Positions 32,233 to 47,998 of a stretch of 64,000 bases of DNA are shown here, one piece after another. Numbering within the stretch: position 1 is the stretch's first letter; each line of letters starts with the position of its first letter. Under the pieces are notes generated by a model. It saw nothing but the letters and a program-made list of their open reading frames with translations. It was not told where the DNA came from and made no database searches. The DNA is from Eledone cirrhosa (taxonomy: Eukaryota). The position numbers and the translations under genes are program-made. The stretch spans positions 49,104,001 to 49,168,000 of the forward strand of contig OZ024749.1 of assembly GCA_964016885.1 (NCBI GenBank), written 5' to 3'.

Positions 32233-33185
32233 GCTACTACTACTACTACTACTACTACTAATAATAATAATAATAATAACAGTAATGGTTTCTGATTTAT
32301 GTACAAGGCCAGCAAAAAGAGGGTGAGGTGGATGGGGAGAGAGGAGGAAATAGAGATGGGAAGAGAGATAGGGGGAGATAGATTGGGAGAGATGGGGAGA
32401 AAGAGATGGAGAGATGGTGAAATGAGGAGAGATATGGGGGAGATGGAGAGGAAAATAGGGAAAATGAACGAGGGTAGTGAGGGGTTCATAGAAAGTATGG
32501 GAGATATCTTTTGTGAAATATTACTATATCTGTTCATACATTTGACTGTTCTAATGACTGTAATAAGCAGTAAAATATACCTTCTATGTAGAAAACATGA
32601 GGCGCTGTAGTTTCCGATATATACATAAACATATAGAGACGAGTGGTAGAATTTTCATCGTATTTATATTCATTTACTGCTGATATGGAGATAGAAAATA
32701 GCGACATCAAAACCCAAGTCTCATTCAATCCAATGAAATACTCTTCAATATCAATTATTTGCTGATTAAACATATTGATTAATTACATATAAGGTAGTCT
32801 GACATGTTTCTCGTGACCAGGCAAGTAACAATAAGCATTATTAGTATTGATTATTATTATACAAAGAATTAAATTTTATTATTGAAATATCTTTACGAAA
32901 ATCAAATTCAAAGACATTTTTCTTCTCTTAATGGCACAGACATCAGAGGTATTAAAATGCTCAACATTATTTTCCGGGCGTCTGGAACTAGGGAAATGAA
33001 GCACGAATGTTTTTCTCAGACTGGTGACTTGCTCCAATGTTATTCAACAGGGAGGACTTTGCTAAACCAAGCTGGACGTGAGCCGAGCGATGGCTTAAAC
33101 ATAACAAAGGAAACAGCCACGATTTGTCAAACGAGATTCCACACATCTTTCATTTACTTATTTTCAATGATCAATTCAAAATAAT

Positions 33186-33372
33186 TGTTTCTACTTTTGG
33201 CACAAGGCCAGCAATTAACCAGTACATTACTGGTACTTTATGTTATCGACCCCGTAAGGATGAAAGGCAAAGTAAACCTCGGTGGGATTTGAACTCAGAA
33301 TGGCAAGGACCGTAACTCTTTGCGTCAAAGCATGGCGTCCGACTCTCTACCGATACTGCCAATCCAACGCCC
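33186..33372 (-). mobile_element. SINE family A, full length, with TSD
   Basis: Colinear match to the family. Flanks are ttcaaaataat (33175-33185) and ttcacaataat (33373-33383). Confidence 0.88.
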
Positions 33373-35410
33373 TTCACAATAATGATAGAAGATTATTACG
33401 AAGATTTGAGGCACACATCTTGTGCAAACAGCGATAATGTAATAACTGGTGTGGAGTAAGAGCATTATTTCGAAAGTGCTCAAATCCTGCCAGTGTATAC
33501 TTTGCTTCCATCAATTCAGTTTGGAGAAATAATTTACCAGCCTAGCACTGAATAAGTCATCTCACTGTTTAGTTTGTTACACTCGTGATGCTTCTCTGTG
33601 TGAAATGTAGGCGGATTGAGAGTATATACCTATCTGCTCACGACTATATAGTCAACTAAATCATTTATGGAAATCTCAGTATATGCTACTAAGTCAGCCC
33701 CGATCTACATTGGCGTATGTCACATAGTAGTATACTGGAATTAGTTTCTTGGGCGAGGAGGATTTATATTAGCATGCTCTAATATCATTTCCATTTGTTC
33801 AATATGTATTTATAACATTTACAAAGCCAACGATTTCGTGAGAAAATAAATCGATTATATTGAACTCCAGAGCGTGACTTCCCATTCCAAGTTGAAGGCA
33901 AAACAGCTCAATCGTTATATTTGAGAAATAAACCCAATACCCGGAGGTCATACTGTGTGGAACATTACCAGTTCTACTATCACATTGCCAAATAATATCT
34001 CTTTTTAATGGATGGTTCTTATTTTAATTTATTATTACTTCCAAATCTAAAACATTCAATCTTAATATTTGTGAAAATTAACCAGGAAAAAGAAATATCT
34101 ATTTACATAAAAAATCAATAAATAGAGAAAATAAAATACTTCTAAAAAATGAATATATCGTAGTCTTTATTACTTTCCATCTACATTCTGATTTGAAATT
34201 ACTTGGAAATATCTTATATAATGTAATCATCTATACTAATAAATGTTCTTATGTTCAGAAAGCTTGTTGATGTCTCCACAAAATATGACCGTTTCAATAT
34301 TTAAAGAAGATTAACTTTACCTCAAATCATAGATTTTTTTTTTAGTCGAAGGGCCTATAATTTCGGGTGGTAGGTAGTTATCGGGGTGTTCAGAGCATTG
34401 GATAAAATGTTGCTCATTATTTCTTCCTGGTTCATTCTCAGTCAAGTTTCGTAGTCTAATGGAATTATTTGAGTGTGGAACAGATTTTAGTACTTCATCA
34501 TTTACTTTCTCTGTTGGTTTAAGTTCAAATTCAGTTCAGAGATTCATACCTAGCTCAGCAACTATGTTCTTGACCATGGAAGCATTTTTCATTATGAAAT
34601 CTAGAATAGTGTTATTATGGCCATTGGTGTATGCAGCTGCAACGAAACGGTAACGGTAATGACGTAATTAGATTAATGGCGAGACTATATTACTTCATTA
34701 CATCAATTGTGATATTTTCAAAAATGTATTAATTACTTTTGTGCGGTGGGTAAGGCGATAAGAGAGATTCATCGTCTGTAATTCATTAAATAATTAAGTT
34801 TTTCGTTTTTACAAAGTGTTCTCACTTGACATCATGACGTTCAAAAAATGATTTTAATATTTTACGAAGTGGATTAAATATAATAAAACAAACTTATTGG
34901 ATACATCTTACATACTGAAAACTTTTTTCCTGTACAGAATTTGGCGATGTGCCTAGATCCTCTCTGCATATAAAATAAAATCAATATTTCCTATTAACTC
35001 GATGATAACAAGCTTTCAAACTTACAATAGTGAAATTATTTACATCTCATTAATGTTGCCACAATACCTGTCCACTTAAAATACTTTCTTTATTGGCAGC
35101 CTGCTGCGAGATCAGAAGAATTCTGTGTGTGTAGACATTATAACTGACGAGAACAGTTTCAGTTTAAAATGTATTACATCATAGACAAGCTGATTGGCAA
35201 TTAAAAAAATATATATATTCTGTCATCATTCAAGTTAACTGTATGTATTAAAATTGTATAAAATAACTAAAGTTTATTTTCTATGCAAATCGTAATGAGT
35301 AATGTGTATATTCCTACCACATATGTAAACATCATGTATATATATATATATATATATACCGTAGTAATAAAGAGAGAAAGAGAGAAGAATCGAAAGAAAG
35401 CTCGATAAGG

Positions 35411-35445
<35 letters not shown>

Positions 35446-35756
35446 AGCGAGAGAGATAGAGAGATAGAGAGATATAGGGGGGGGGGTGAGAAGTAGTATC
35501 ACAACTCGCAACAGTAGTTCACCATACCGAGAACAATTGTTTCACCTTATACGGATCTTCACCTCGGACTCATATATAAATGAGTGGAGGGAGGGGGGCG
35601 TGTGTGTGCCTAAAGCTAGATTGAAATCAGGGCATAATACAATATGTAGAAGCTCGAACCTATGAAATATTCAATTGCTAGACGGGGCAATTTGTAATCT
35701 AAATGTAAGATCTATCGATTGATTTTCTAACACAACTAAAGTAATCAACAGGAGAA

Positions 35757-35808
35757 CAAATGAAAATCACCACTAAATGAAAATCAGCACAAATGAAAAT
35801 CAGCACTG
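35757..35808 (+). repeat. Short minisatellite, about 3 x aaatgaaaatcasca(ct)
   Basis: Seen directly. Confidence 0.8.
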
Positions 35809-38119
35809 AAGATATTACTTTAATCTCTTATATAGGACAGCTTGTCTCGAACTTGAAACGAGAAAGAAGACATTTCTGTAATGTTCAAGGATTTTCTCAA
35901 GTCTATTAAATTCGTAAATGAAATTTAACTGATTAAAAGGAAGATCATAAAGTGACTAGAGGAATCAGATCTGCTGATTATAAGGTTATTTCGTTCTCTC
36001 TGTATGTTGTACAGTAGTATCACATATTTACCATACTATTCAATGTGTAGTAACACAAATTATTTATATTTCTCTACTTTCACGTAGGTCGCAAAACATG
36101 ACGGTTAAGAGATTACTTCGGTATATAGAAGTGGGAGGTTGCTTATAAATATATGTTTAATCATGGTTGGAACAGCATATGTGGCAGTGACGCTAGGACT
36201 GAAGTGCAAAGAACTAGACCAAAAATGAAAAATATCAAAATAACCATTTACTTTTTGATATATGGAAATATATCTACCAAAAAAAATATAGAGATAATAT
36301 GTTAAACATTGCCAAACTGAAATGAAAAACGGATTCCAAATGGTTGAAAAGAAATATTCCAAAGACAAACCATTTTATTACAAGTAACCGACAAAACTTG
36401 ACGAGTATTCAACAATAAATTGAATCATCTTTACTAAAATCAGAAATAGATTTTAGCTGCACAGGATCAAAGTCAAATAAATAAATACAAACATATAATA
36501 ATAATGAAAGAGGGATGCTATCATCAAATATAGACAGTGTATTCCATCCAATTACACAGTGAAATAATAGGATATAAATCATACGTGATATATTCCTGTC
36601 TAGTTACAGTTTAAACAATGTCAAATACCATAAATAATAATAACTATTTGGAAGACTGTTACAACATATTATGATTAATTGTTTGCTGGAAAGGGTGAAC
36701 GTAATTTGTTTTGTTGTTTTTAATCATACAAACATCCGACTGGTATTGTTATTGTTTTTACGTGCACGAATGATTATAAATTCGGAATTACGACTGCCAT
36801 TCTTTCACAGTTCTCTGATCTTGCAAATGCTAATCGAAATCAGAGACAAACAATATATACAACTCTACTTCACACAGCTGTTTAAAGATTTCAAAATAAT
36901 GTTTAATGTATCATCTTGGAATCTGAGGACGCTATATGAATGGAAAATTAAATCAAGTAGGAAGGAAAACATGAATAAAACATACAATTATAGGTAAGTT
37001 TTAACTTGTCACAAGATAAATTTTACTGATTAGTTTAACGTGTTGAAATGTAAAGATTTAAAACTGCGTTTTGATAGGAATTCAAAACGTAAGTGTTGAA
37101 AACAAATTATATCTCACTCAATTCTATAATAAAAACATTGTCTGCAAACATTCTTTTGAAGGTTTTCTTTTTAACTTGGATAACATTATCAAAACAACGA
37201 AAGTGCAATATACTTATTTGCACTAATTACGAACTTGCCACGAAGACCACATTAACAAAAAACAAACAGACACACACACAACGGATCATTTCATATATGA
37301 ATTCTCTAAATATGGCTCATTTTTCATGGCTGAAATTCATTTCATTATGTATTTGTTCGAAAGATGATCATCTGGTGCTGTATCTTTTGGAGTAAAAACC
37401 ATAAACAAAACATTCATCTAGACAAATATATGAAAACATTTGAAATTTATAGTATGAGATTCCTTGCTCTGTGTGTTTAGACGATTAGTAGCGAAAACAA
37501 CGTCAAATGTTGGTTTTGCAGTAAAGATTTACTCTAGCGTATAGATGCTTAAAGAACAATATTAATAATACTTTTGTATTATAGCTCTTATAATGAAAGT
37601 AAAATTTCGTTTACGATATCGTTTCTTCCCTAATTTACATATAAATTACTCAATTTATATTGAAAAATAAATACATAAAGGAAATATATAAACGATAAAG
37701 TAACCCGTGTTCATTTATTTTATACCACTATTAATTCCTCATAAAAAACCGATAATGGTTTTTGTATGATCAGCGAACGTGATAAGAGGTATGCTAATTT
37801 TGTCTTTGAGTGAACAATAAGACAGGGAAATTTATTTCTAATAGTTTCTGATAATGCATTTATAAAACGAGAGCTGGACTAATACATTATTGTTGTCATT
37901 TGAACATTTTTATTGATACCTGAAGTGAGGTTCTTCTTTTATTTATTTATATATATGTTGTTATTTTTGTATTATATTTCTTGTTTCTAAGTCATGCTTT
38001 ATAGATTAGTCTTTTTCTGAGGAAATAGTAGAACAGCATGACTTGACGATGACAACATTCTATATAAAAACTATAAATTATATTTAAACTTCTATATAAT
38101 GTATAGCATTTTTATATAT

Positions 38120-38177
<58 letters not shown>

Positions 38178-38523
38178 TTGTGTGTGCGTGCGTGTGTGTG
38201 TGGAGGTGTTTGTGTGTAGAAAGTTCAGTAAATCCAAAGAAACCTGGTGAGAGAACCAAAGTTAGCACTCGATGCGGACAAGAGTGGATACGATAAAAAG
38301 AACAAAGTGGAGGTGTTACGTAGGATATTTATTGTTAAATCCTGTGGTGTCTGGGTGATTCATCCACAGATTTGATGTGATTTTTTTGTGTTAACACTGG
38401 TCTGAGTATCAGGCAGACCTGGAGACTGGTCTGGGGTGCCATCCCAGACCATGAGCCCGTTGCTTGAGAAACGTTTGTATACAGGATTAAGCAATATACA
38501 TCTCCTACATAACCCCTCAACGG

Positions 38524-38773
38524 TTCTTCTTCTTCTTCTTCTTCTTATATATATTTTTCTTGTTGATCGACTTTCGTCAAATCGGACCGAGGAAAGAATG
38601 TCTCCGTTGGTCTTTCCATTTTCTAATACTATCTATCGGTCGTAACTCCAGGTAGAAGGAGCAACGTGAAATAAAGTATCTTACTCAAGGACATAACGCA
38701 TCGCCCGGTCCAGGAACCAAACCGACAACCTCACGATTGCGAATCCAGTTCTCTAAGCAATCAGCTACACGCG
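38524..38773 (-). mobile_element. SINE family B, full length, with (AAG)n tail
   Basis: Colinear with 19119-19331. A (ctt)n run on the plus strand at 38524-38546 is the 3' tail. Confidence 0.85.
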
Positions 38774-38779
38774 TATATG

Positions 38780-38810
<31 letters not shown>

Positions 38811-40099
38811 GTGCGCGCACACACACACACATATATATATATACACACATATATACATATATATGTGTGTATGTGTGTGGGTGTATAAGAGTTAACAAGA
38901 GCGTGTGTGTTTGTTTGTGTGTGAGATTTATCACAATGTTGAGATTACACAATGTGTCGCCTTTAAGAATATCTTAATTTCATAGACTATCATAACAAAC
39001 ATAAATTCAGTTTTTTTCAAAGTGCTATAATCTGGAGTAATATCTAGAGCACTTGATAGAGTCATTCGATAGAGAGAAGAGACGGTTGAACACAACCTTC
39101 ATTGATTTGTTTGTCAGTTTTCTGCGTTCACTCTATTGAATCCTCCAACTAGGAAGGCACTAATCTACACACTTCCTAAGTGATTGTATCCCATTATTAA
39201 TATTAACTTCATGTCACCGTCTCTTTGCACCGTATCAAAGGCGTGATGTTAATTGTATGTAAAGTCACTGCATCTCAAGAATGAATGTTCGCTGAGTTAG
39301 AAAACAATCCAGTAATGTTAAGTAATATGTTAAGTGTGCGTACACAGAATAAATGAGTAAATGCACAGTGGTCTTTGAAATTAGATTATCGATAGATTCT
39401 GCATTGAATCTAGATGAAAATGATCTTTGATCAGAAGCACTGCGTGTCACCATATTTTCAAATATGTTAGTGAAAATCTATTAAATGCCAAGATTCTGAG
39501 ATCAAAGTTAACGAAAATTAGCCAAGTTATTGAAAATTTTTCTTGTATATGAACATATTCCAAAATTCTGCAAACATACCGACATAGACAGGCACAAATA
39601 CTATTAAAAAAAATATCGTATAAATGTAATATGAAAACCACCGGAATTCAAAGATATCACACATAAGCTCAAAAAGTATATATAAATATTTATATATGGG
39701 TATGGGTGTAGTGTGTTTTCTGTTGCTCGTTAGCTTGTGTTGTGTTATACATTCACACACAAACACATACACATACACTTACATTCATGTATATATTTTC
39801 TTTTACTAGCTTCAGTCATTAGACGATGAAAAGCCAACACATTCAAGGGATTTAGGCGATCAGTACAATATAAATACATACTCTTTCATGTCTGATACAT
39901 ATTCAATCAACCACTCTCTGTGCTATCTCTAATTTGTGACATATGAACACATATCTGTGTACGTGTATGGCTGTATTTGTGAGTATATGAACATATATCT
40001 ACACAATTTACTGTCAGCCACAACCTGATTTCACGGATATGGCAATAGTCAGCCACAGTCTATAACAGATTTCACATACTTGTGAACTATCTAACCACA

Positions 40100-40215
40100 A
40101 ACCCAGTCGTGAAATAATATGTCATTCTCAAGGAAACAGCAGACAACCCGGTCTGTGAATCCAACTCAACCTCACGATTGCAAGCCTGACACTCTTGAAA
40201 CTAAGCCGCGCGTCT
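40100..40215 (-). mobile_element. Degenerate SINE family B-like head
   Basis: caacctcacgattgc and the neighbouring sequence resemble 38690-38770. Confidence 0.55.
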
Positions 40216-40775
40216 TAACGCAAACATACATCGCCACACATAAAGAAACACGTGCATACATACACATGTAGTACAGAACTCTCCTATATATGAAACCAAG
40301 TACAAGTCTCAATTCAAACAAGGAGCCTACCATTCATTCTTTTCTGAATCGAATATACTCACATCATCCATGGGATTCATCAAGATCGAAACATGTTCCT
40401 CAGTCCAACATTTTGAGATCAGAGAGATTCAATATTTAACTGCATTCACTTGTTAAATAAAGTCAAATTAATCGATATTATATATACGTGTTTGTGTCTG
40501 TATGTGCGTGTGTCTAGTCATATGTAAGTGTACAGGAGAAGATATATGTGCCATGCGGAAAGAAGCCACGAAATATTCTACTTTTATTATCTAAATAATG
40601 CTTGTCATTTTAATTAAAAAGTTAAGATGAAAATAATTTTTCGCGTATATGACGGTAGTTTATGTATTTCTGTCTTTTTTAATATGTCTGTAATTTCTCC
40701 TTTTCCATTTCCGCTACGCACATTTACTTTTCTTCTCTTATCCACACTGATACAGACACACACGTACACACGTAC

Positions 40776-40857
<82 letters not shown>

Positions 40858-40869
40858 AGATATATATAT

Positions 40870-40910
<41 letters not shown>

Positions 40911-40973
40911 TAAACACACATATATATATACATATATATATATATACATATATATATATACATATATATTTAT

Positions 40974-41004
<31 letters not shown>

Positions 41005-41039
41005 ATATATATATATATATACATTTATATACATATATT

Positions 41040-41083
<44 letters not shown>

Positions 41084-41111
41084 TATATTGTGATTCTATA
41101 GACATGTTTTA

Positions 41112-41156
<45 letters not shown>

Positions 41157-41361
41157 AACATATATGTGTTGGAGCTGTTCGAAATAATAGCAATGTGATA
41201 TAACATAGACTTTTATGCATTTATGCGTTTGATATTAAATATATTAAACTATATACACGTTCGTTCAGAAACTTAAAAACACGCATAGACATAATATATA
41301 AAGATGACACACGCACACAAACAGAAGCTGACATAATCACTGTCTTACACACACACACATA

Positions 41362-41448
<87 letters not shown>

Positions 41449-41783
41449 ATATATATAGATATATATAGATATATGTGTATATATACACGCAATCATATAT
41501 ATATATATATTTATATATATATATATGATTGCGTGTGTGTGTACATAGTTTTAGCGTGTGTAGATATTTTTCCCCATCTAATCTGATTGGATTTTATATT
41601 TGCTTTATTTATCAGTTATTTTTAAATTGCCTGATATAAGTTCGTCTAAGATCAAATTTATGGTGTCTAGATTTTTTCTGATTAAATGTAGAAAGTTTTA
41701 TATTTATATATTTATATATATATATATATACATATGTATATATACATATATGTATACACAGATCTATAAATACATATATACAC

Positions 41784-41864
<81 letters not shown>

Positions 41865-41869
41865 TATAG

Positions 41870-42944
<1,075 letters not shown>

Positions 42945-43125
42945 TCATATGTATATATATATATATGTAAAATATAAAAAAAATAATGAATAAAACAATG
43001 AAACAGTTCCTTATATTAAACAAAAAAAGTTCATTATTTAACGATCGTTTCTAGGACATATATATGTATGTATATATATATATATATATATATGTGTATA
43101 TATGTATTTATATATGTGTGTATAA

Positions 43126-43223
<98 letters not shown>

Positions 43224-43291
43224 ATGTGTGTATGTATATAAATACATGTATATATATATATATTTATATATGTATTCATATATATCTATAT

Positions 43292-43323
<32 letters not shown>

Positions 43324-43431
43324 GTATATGGATGGTTATATAATGTATTTTGCAATACACTTCATGCTTAATTAAAAGCATTTTGAAGACCGTAAGCTAT
43401 TGTTTTAAAGTAGTGACAGATTCACTCACTT

Positions 43432-43526
43432 TGATCTCAGCAAACAGGGTAGATAAGCCGACAAGACTTGTATCGCTTTGGTTGAAGCTTATCAAGGCCA
43501 ACTACCCCACCTGTTTGCTGAGATCA
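43432..43526 (-). ncRNA. Sister hammerhead in the inverted 316-bp unit (GAAA changed to GAUA)
   Basis: ggcc-TTGATAA-gctt(caacca)aagc-GATA-caa(gtc)ttg-TC-ggct, with a perfect 17-bp outer helix. Confidence 0.65.
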
Positions 43527-43867
43527 TTGATGTTATATTCTTATAGAAATCTAGTAAATAATCAGGAGCTGATTATGCAGAGCGGTTGTTGGTCAGGCAG
43601 AAATTAAAAATTAGAATTGGAGCTCTGAAATAGCAATATATATATGGATGTATATATAATGTATTTTGCAATACACTTTATGCTTAATTAAAAGCATTTT
43701 GAAGACCGTAAGATATTGTTTTAAAGTAGTGACAGATTCACTCACTTTGATCTCAGCAAGCTATTTCACTGCTCCAATTCTAATTTTTAATTTCTGCCTG
43801 ACCAACAACCGCTCTGCATAGTCAGCTCCTGATTATTTACTAGATTTCTAGAAGAATATAACATCAA

Positions 43868-43962
43868 TGATCTCAGCAAACAGGCGGGGTAGTTGGCCTT
43901 GATAAGCTTCAACCAAAGCGAAACGAGTCTTGTCAGCTTATCTCCCCTATTTGCTGAGATCA
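43868..43962 (+). ncRNA. Type-I hammerhead (U3-A8 core) with long stem-I extension, in the 316-bp repeat
   Basis: ggcc-TTGATAA-gctt(caacca)aagc-GAAA-cga(gtc)ttg-TC-agct, enclosed by tgatctcagcaaacagg and cctatttgctgagatca. Confidence 0.75.
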
Positions 43963-44093
43963 AAGTGAGTGAATCTGTCACTACATTAAAACAATAGCTT
44001 ACGGTCTTCAAAATACTTTTAATTAAGCATAAAGTGTATTGCAAAATACATTATATATACATCCATATATATATTGCTATTTCAGAGCTCCAA

Positions 44094-44203
<110 letters not shown>

Positions 44204-44224
44204 CATGTATATATATATATATAT

Positions 44225-44277
<53 letters not shown>

Positions 44278-44289
44278 TTCATATTTATA

Positions 44290-44372
<83 letters not shown>

Positions 44373-44441
44373 TCATATATGTATCTATATATATATATAT
44401 GTATTCATATATATATCTATATATATATATATCTATATATA

Positions 44442-44513
<72 letters not shown>

Positions 44514-44775
44514 TATATATATATTTATATATATATAGTAGTAATAATAAATTTGAAGACTAAAATCCCAAAAGGCTTCGATAAGGGTAAACATATATCA
44601 AGTATATAAGAACCGTAGAGCAAATATTTATTAAAATAACAGATTAAAGTTTAAGCAAAAACCGCTGCTTTCACCCTTAGCGAGATCTTATAAAACTAAA
44701 AGAATCAATCTGTGAAAACAGAAGTAAATATTTCGCGAAACGTTGCAACCGAAGGAAGACAGGAAGACGATACTT

Positions 44776-45060
44776 TGGTTCGTGGAAACGTTCCCTGGCG
44801 AAGAACGAAAAGAAACGAAGATAATACGTCATTATTTGGAACGGGGAAACAATTACACACAAAGACATAACCACGTTCATGGTATAAATGAAGTCGTAGA
44901 CTACTATTCTGTTAGGTGGTTCGTGAAGACGTTCCCTGGCAATGAACGGGAAAAAACGAAGATAATACGTCATTATGTGGAACGCAGAGAACAATTAAAC
45001 GCAGAGATAAAACCTCGTTACAGTATATCTGAAGGCGTAGACTGAAATTCTATTTAGGAA
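44776..45060 (+). repeat. Diverged tandem duplication, 141-bp period
   Basis: tggttcgtg at 44776 and 44917, with gaagataatacgtcattat and cgtagact repeated in register. Confidence 0.85.
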
Positions 45061-45312
45061 ACCGTATGATTCTGGCTTCAGAGTTAAGAATAATGTAAAT
45101 AAATTACAGAGGTTATTGAAATCAACAATAATTAAAAATATTGGTGCACGCATCCATATAAACATGCATACGCGAAAAACACCCGCACGGGTATGCAAAA
45201 ACAGGCACGTACACATTAAAAAACCCACGCAACGCCTGTACCCCCACACATACGAACGTATACACCAAATATACATAAAACATATATAACAAAAAATAAT
45301 ATATATATATAC

Positions 45313-45352
<40 letters not shown>

Positions 45353-46210
45353 TTATAAAAATATACACATATATTCATGTCACACACCTATACATTTCAG
45401 AAATCTATTGGCCAACACGTTTATGAGAATCTGATCCCTATCTTCAATTAAGGATATATTGAATAGAGCAGCCATCGTTTACAATATTTCCCTCGCAAAG
45501 TGTGGCTTGAATCTTAACATCCTCTGTGCAACTGTCCAGCTCCTTCGTAGTTGAAATATTCAAAACAGATCTAGAAAGAAATTATTTACAACACCAATCT
45601 ATTGAAATGATATGACCGATATAAAAGAAAGCTTGTTAGCTCTTCCTTGTATAACACACATATTTATATATATATATAACTTAGCAGACATACGGTATTG
45701 ATAACTTATTAATATGCCAGACCCTACATCACCGAGAGTTAAGAGAATCATCTTATTTTCATCGCTGCTTTAAAATATATATTTTCATCTCATATCTATG
45801 GGTTTAGGAATTCGGTTGAACATGAACTAGGTATTGACAGGCATCATAGAATTTTGCACAAGGCATTATACTCTTATTTTCCAAATACCATATGCAGCAG
45901 CATAATACTGCGGTATTTCTGTTGTCTATATTTTGAAATGTAGATGTGTGATCCAGCTTTCGAAACTGACATCACCCATGCTTATGTATGAATCTCTTGT
46001 ATGTATGTGTGTATATTACCTTTAATATACAGTGCTATTATAGCGACCTAGCTTTGCATGAATTGTCTCAGGGGAATAGCTTTTGGCAGTTGCAATTATC
46101 TAGATAAATAATTTTATGAATTCAAGGGCTTAGTTTGTGATTTGTGTTACCTAACCACTAGTGTGGGTGTTATTAGCTCTCTCACAATCTCTCTCTCTCT
46201 CTCTATGTAT

Positions 46211-46277
<67 letters not shown>

Positions 46278-47133
46278 TATATACAGATATAGATTAGGAT
46301 ATATGTGTCTGTTGGTATGTGAGCGAGTAAGTATATTGGAAGAGCCTTTTTATATATTGGGCATTCATATCTTATACGTTGTGTGATAGTTAAATATTAA
46401 CCCACTCCGTCGATAAAGACAAATTTTGGCAACTAGGAACAACCTATTACTCCATTCATTTATGTGGACTTCCTCGTCCTTCTCGCTAAAAAGAAATGGC
46501 TTTACTGAATATCTAGTTGCAATTATTTGTTTAAATTGACACAGGCTCTGCATAGTCAATTACCTTTTTACCTACCTAGCTGTGTAGGTTGATGTTCTTG
46601 ATAACGCATCATATACATTTGCTTATGATGCTTACCTTTGCAGACTACAGAATGTGAGACTAATGTTGCGGATGTCAAATAATGCCAAACATATGCTTAA
46701 GTTGAGTGTAGATAAATCTGATATACACATCATATACGTATGTAACGTCATTATACCATATGATGCACACGATGACAACTTCGAAAAATTCTACGCCTGT
46801 ATGGCTAGCATATTTCAAAAGATTCTACTTCATTCTATGTCGTCTACTGGAGATTTTCCAATGTAATTCCCATCACATATAACCGTTACTAAGTTGGCGT
46901 TAATATGACGATCTATTCACTGTTCAGTTTGTCAACGCTTGTCTTTATCCTATCATGTTTATGCACATTTTCTCTCTAGATTTCTCTCTATGGTTTGTCT
47001 TGCTGTTTTTGTCAAATGCCTACCGTGCAGTCTGCTGAGGAATTTCCAGATGCAGATGCAGGAACCGACAAAACAGAAAGTTGACTTCCTCACAACACCC
47101 ACCCCAATTATATATATATTAAAATAATAGATT

Positions 47134-47723
47134 TGTTTCATTTATTTGCCACCAGGGCATCAAAAGTGGGACAAGTACAAATGGGGGGAGTTTACAAAAC
47201 AAGGCGTCCTCAATAAGGAGCAGGCAATAACAAAATATAAATATAAAATAAAATATAACAGAATAAAATATATAACAAAATCCTCAATAGAGAGGAGGCG
47301 CCTTGCGGGGTCGCACACACACCCGAAAAAAGTGTGCAACCCTTTTCCTCAGGAGCACAGAGAAGGGGTGCCTCCTTGGTTTTTCATCTTCCTCACCTAT
47401 AGTCTGATGTAGAGTGAAGGCACATTCACACGGGCCATTCTCGCCACTTTCACCCATCTTTCATAAAAACGGCTGGGGTGCAGCACCTCTCTCTCCATCC
47501 TGATCCTTCTTCCGAATGATATCGGAAGAAACGGACCAGTTGTTGGCCAGAGAGAAAGGTGTCTGACCTCAGTCCTTTCAGACGCGTCCACCATACAACC
47601 TCTTTCGCCATGGCTATTACGCACAGATACACCGCCTCTCCTTCGTTTTTGAAGAGGAGAGGCGGCTTGATCGTTACAATAGACTCGGTGGTCAACCGGA
47701 TCGGCCCCACCCTTGACAACAAT
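47134..47723 (-). mobile_element. Second, diverged 3' fragment of the same L1/Tx1-type LINE family, with a 17-bp TSD
   Basis: LSRVGPIRLTTESIVTIKPP...AKEVVWWTRLKGL matches the 31.8-kb copy. Direct repeat tattaaaataatagatt at 47117-47133 and 47724-47740. Confidence 0.82.
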
Positions 47724-47824
47724 TATTAAAATAATAGATTAAAGTTTAAGCAGAGAATCGCTGCTTTGACACTTAACGAGCCCTCTTTGGATCAGTCTTT
47801 ACATTTATTATTATTATTATTATT

Positions 47825-47922
<98 letters not shown>

Positions 47923-47927
47923 CTGTG

Positions 47928-47960
<33 letters not shown>

Positions 47961-47963
47961 ATG

Positions 47964-47998
<35 letters not shown>

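Noticed and set aside
31536-32326. Plus-strand ORFs of 196 and 168 aa
   Set aside because: They are antisense to the L1/Tx1 fragment. The meaningful frame is on the minus strand.
32299-32610. 103-aa G/E/R-rich ORF
   Set aside because: Purine-rich low-complexity sequence.
32882-33184. Possible host exon in a slightly GC-richer stretch
   Set aside because: Only weak ag/gt candidates and no protein similarity I can recognise.
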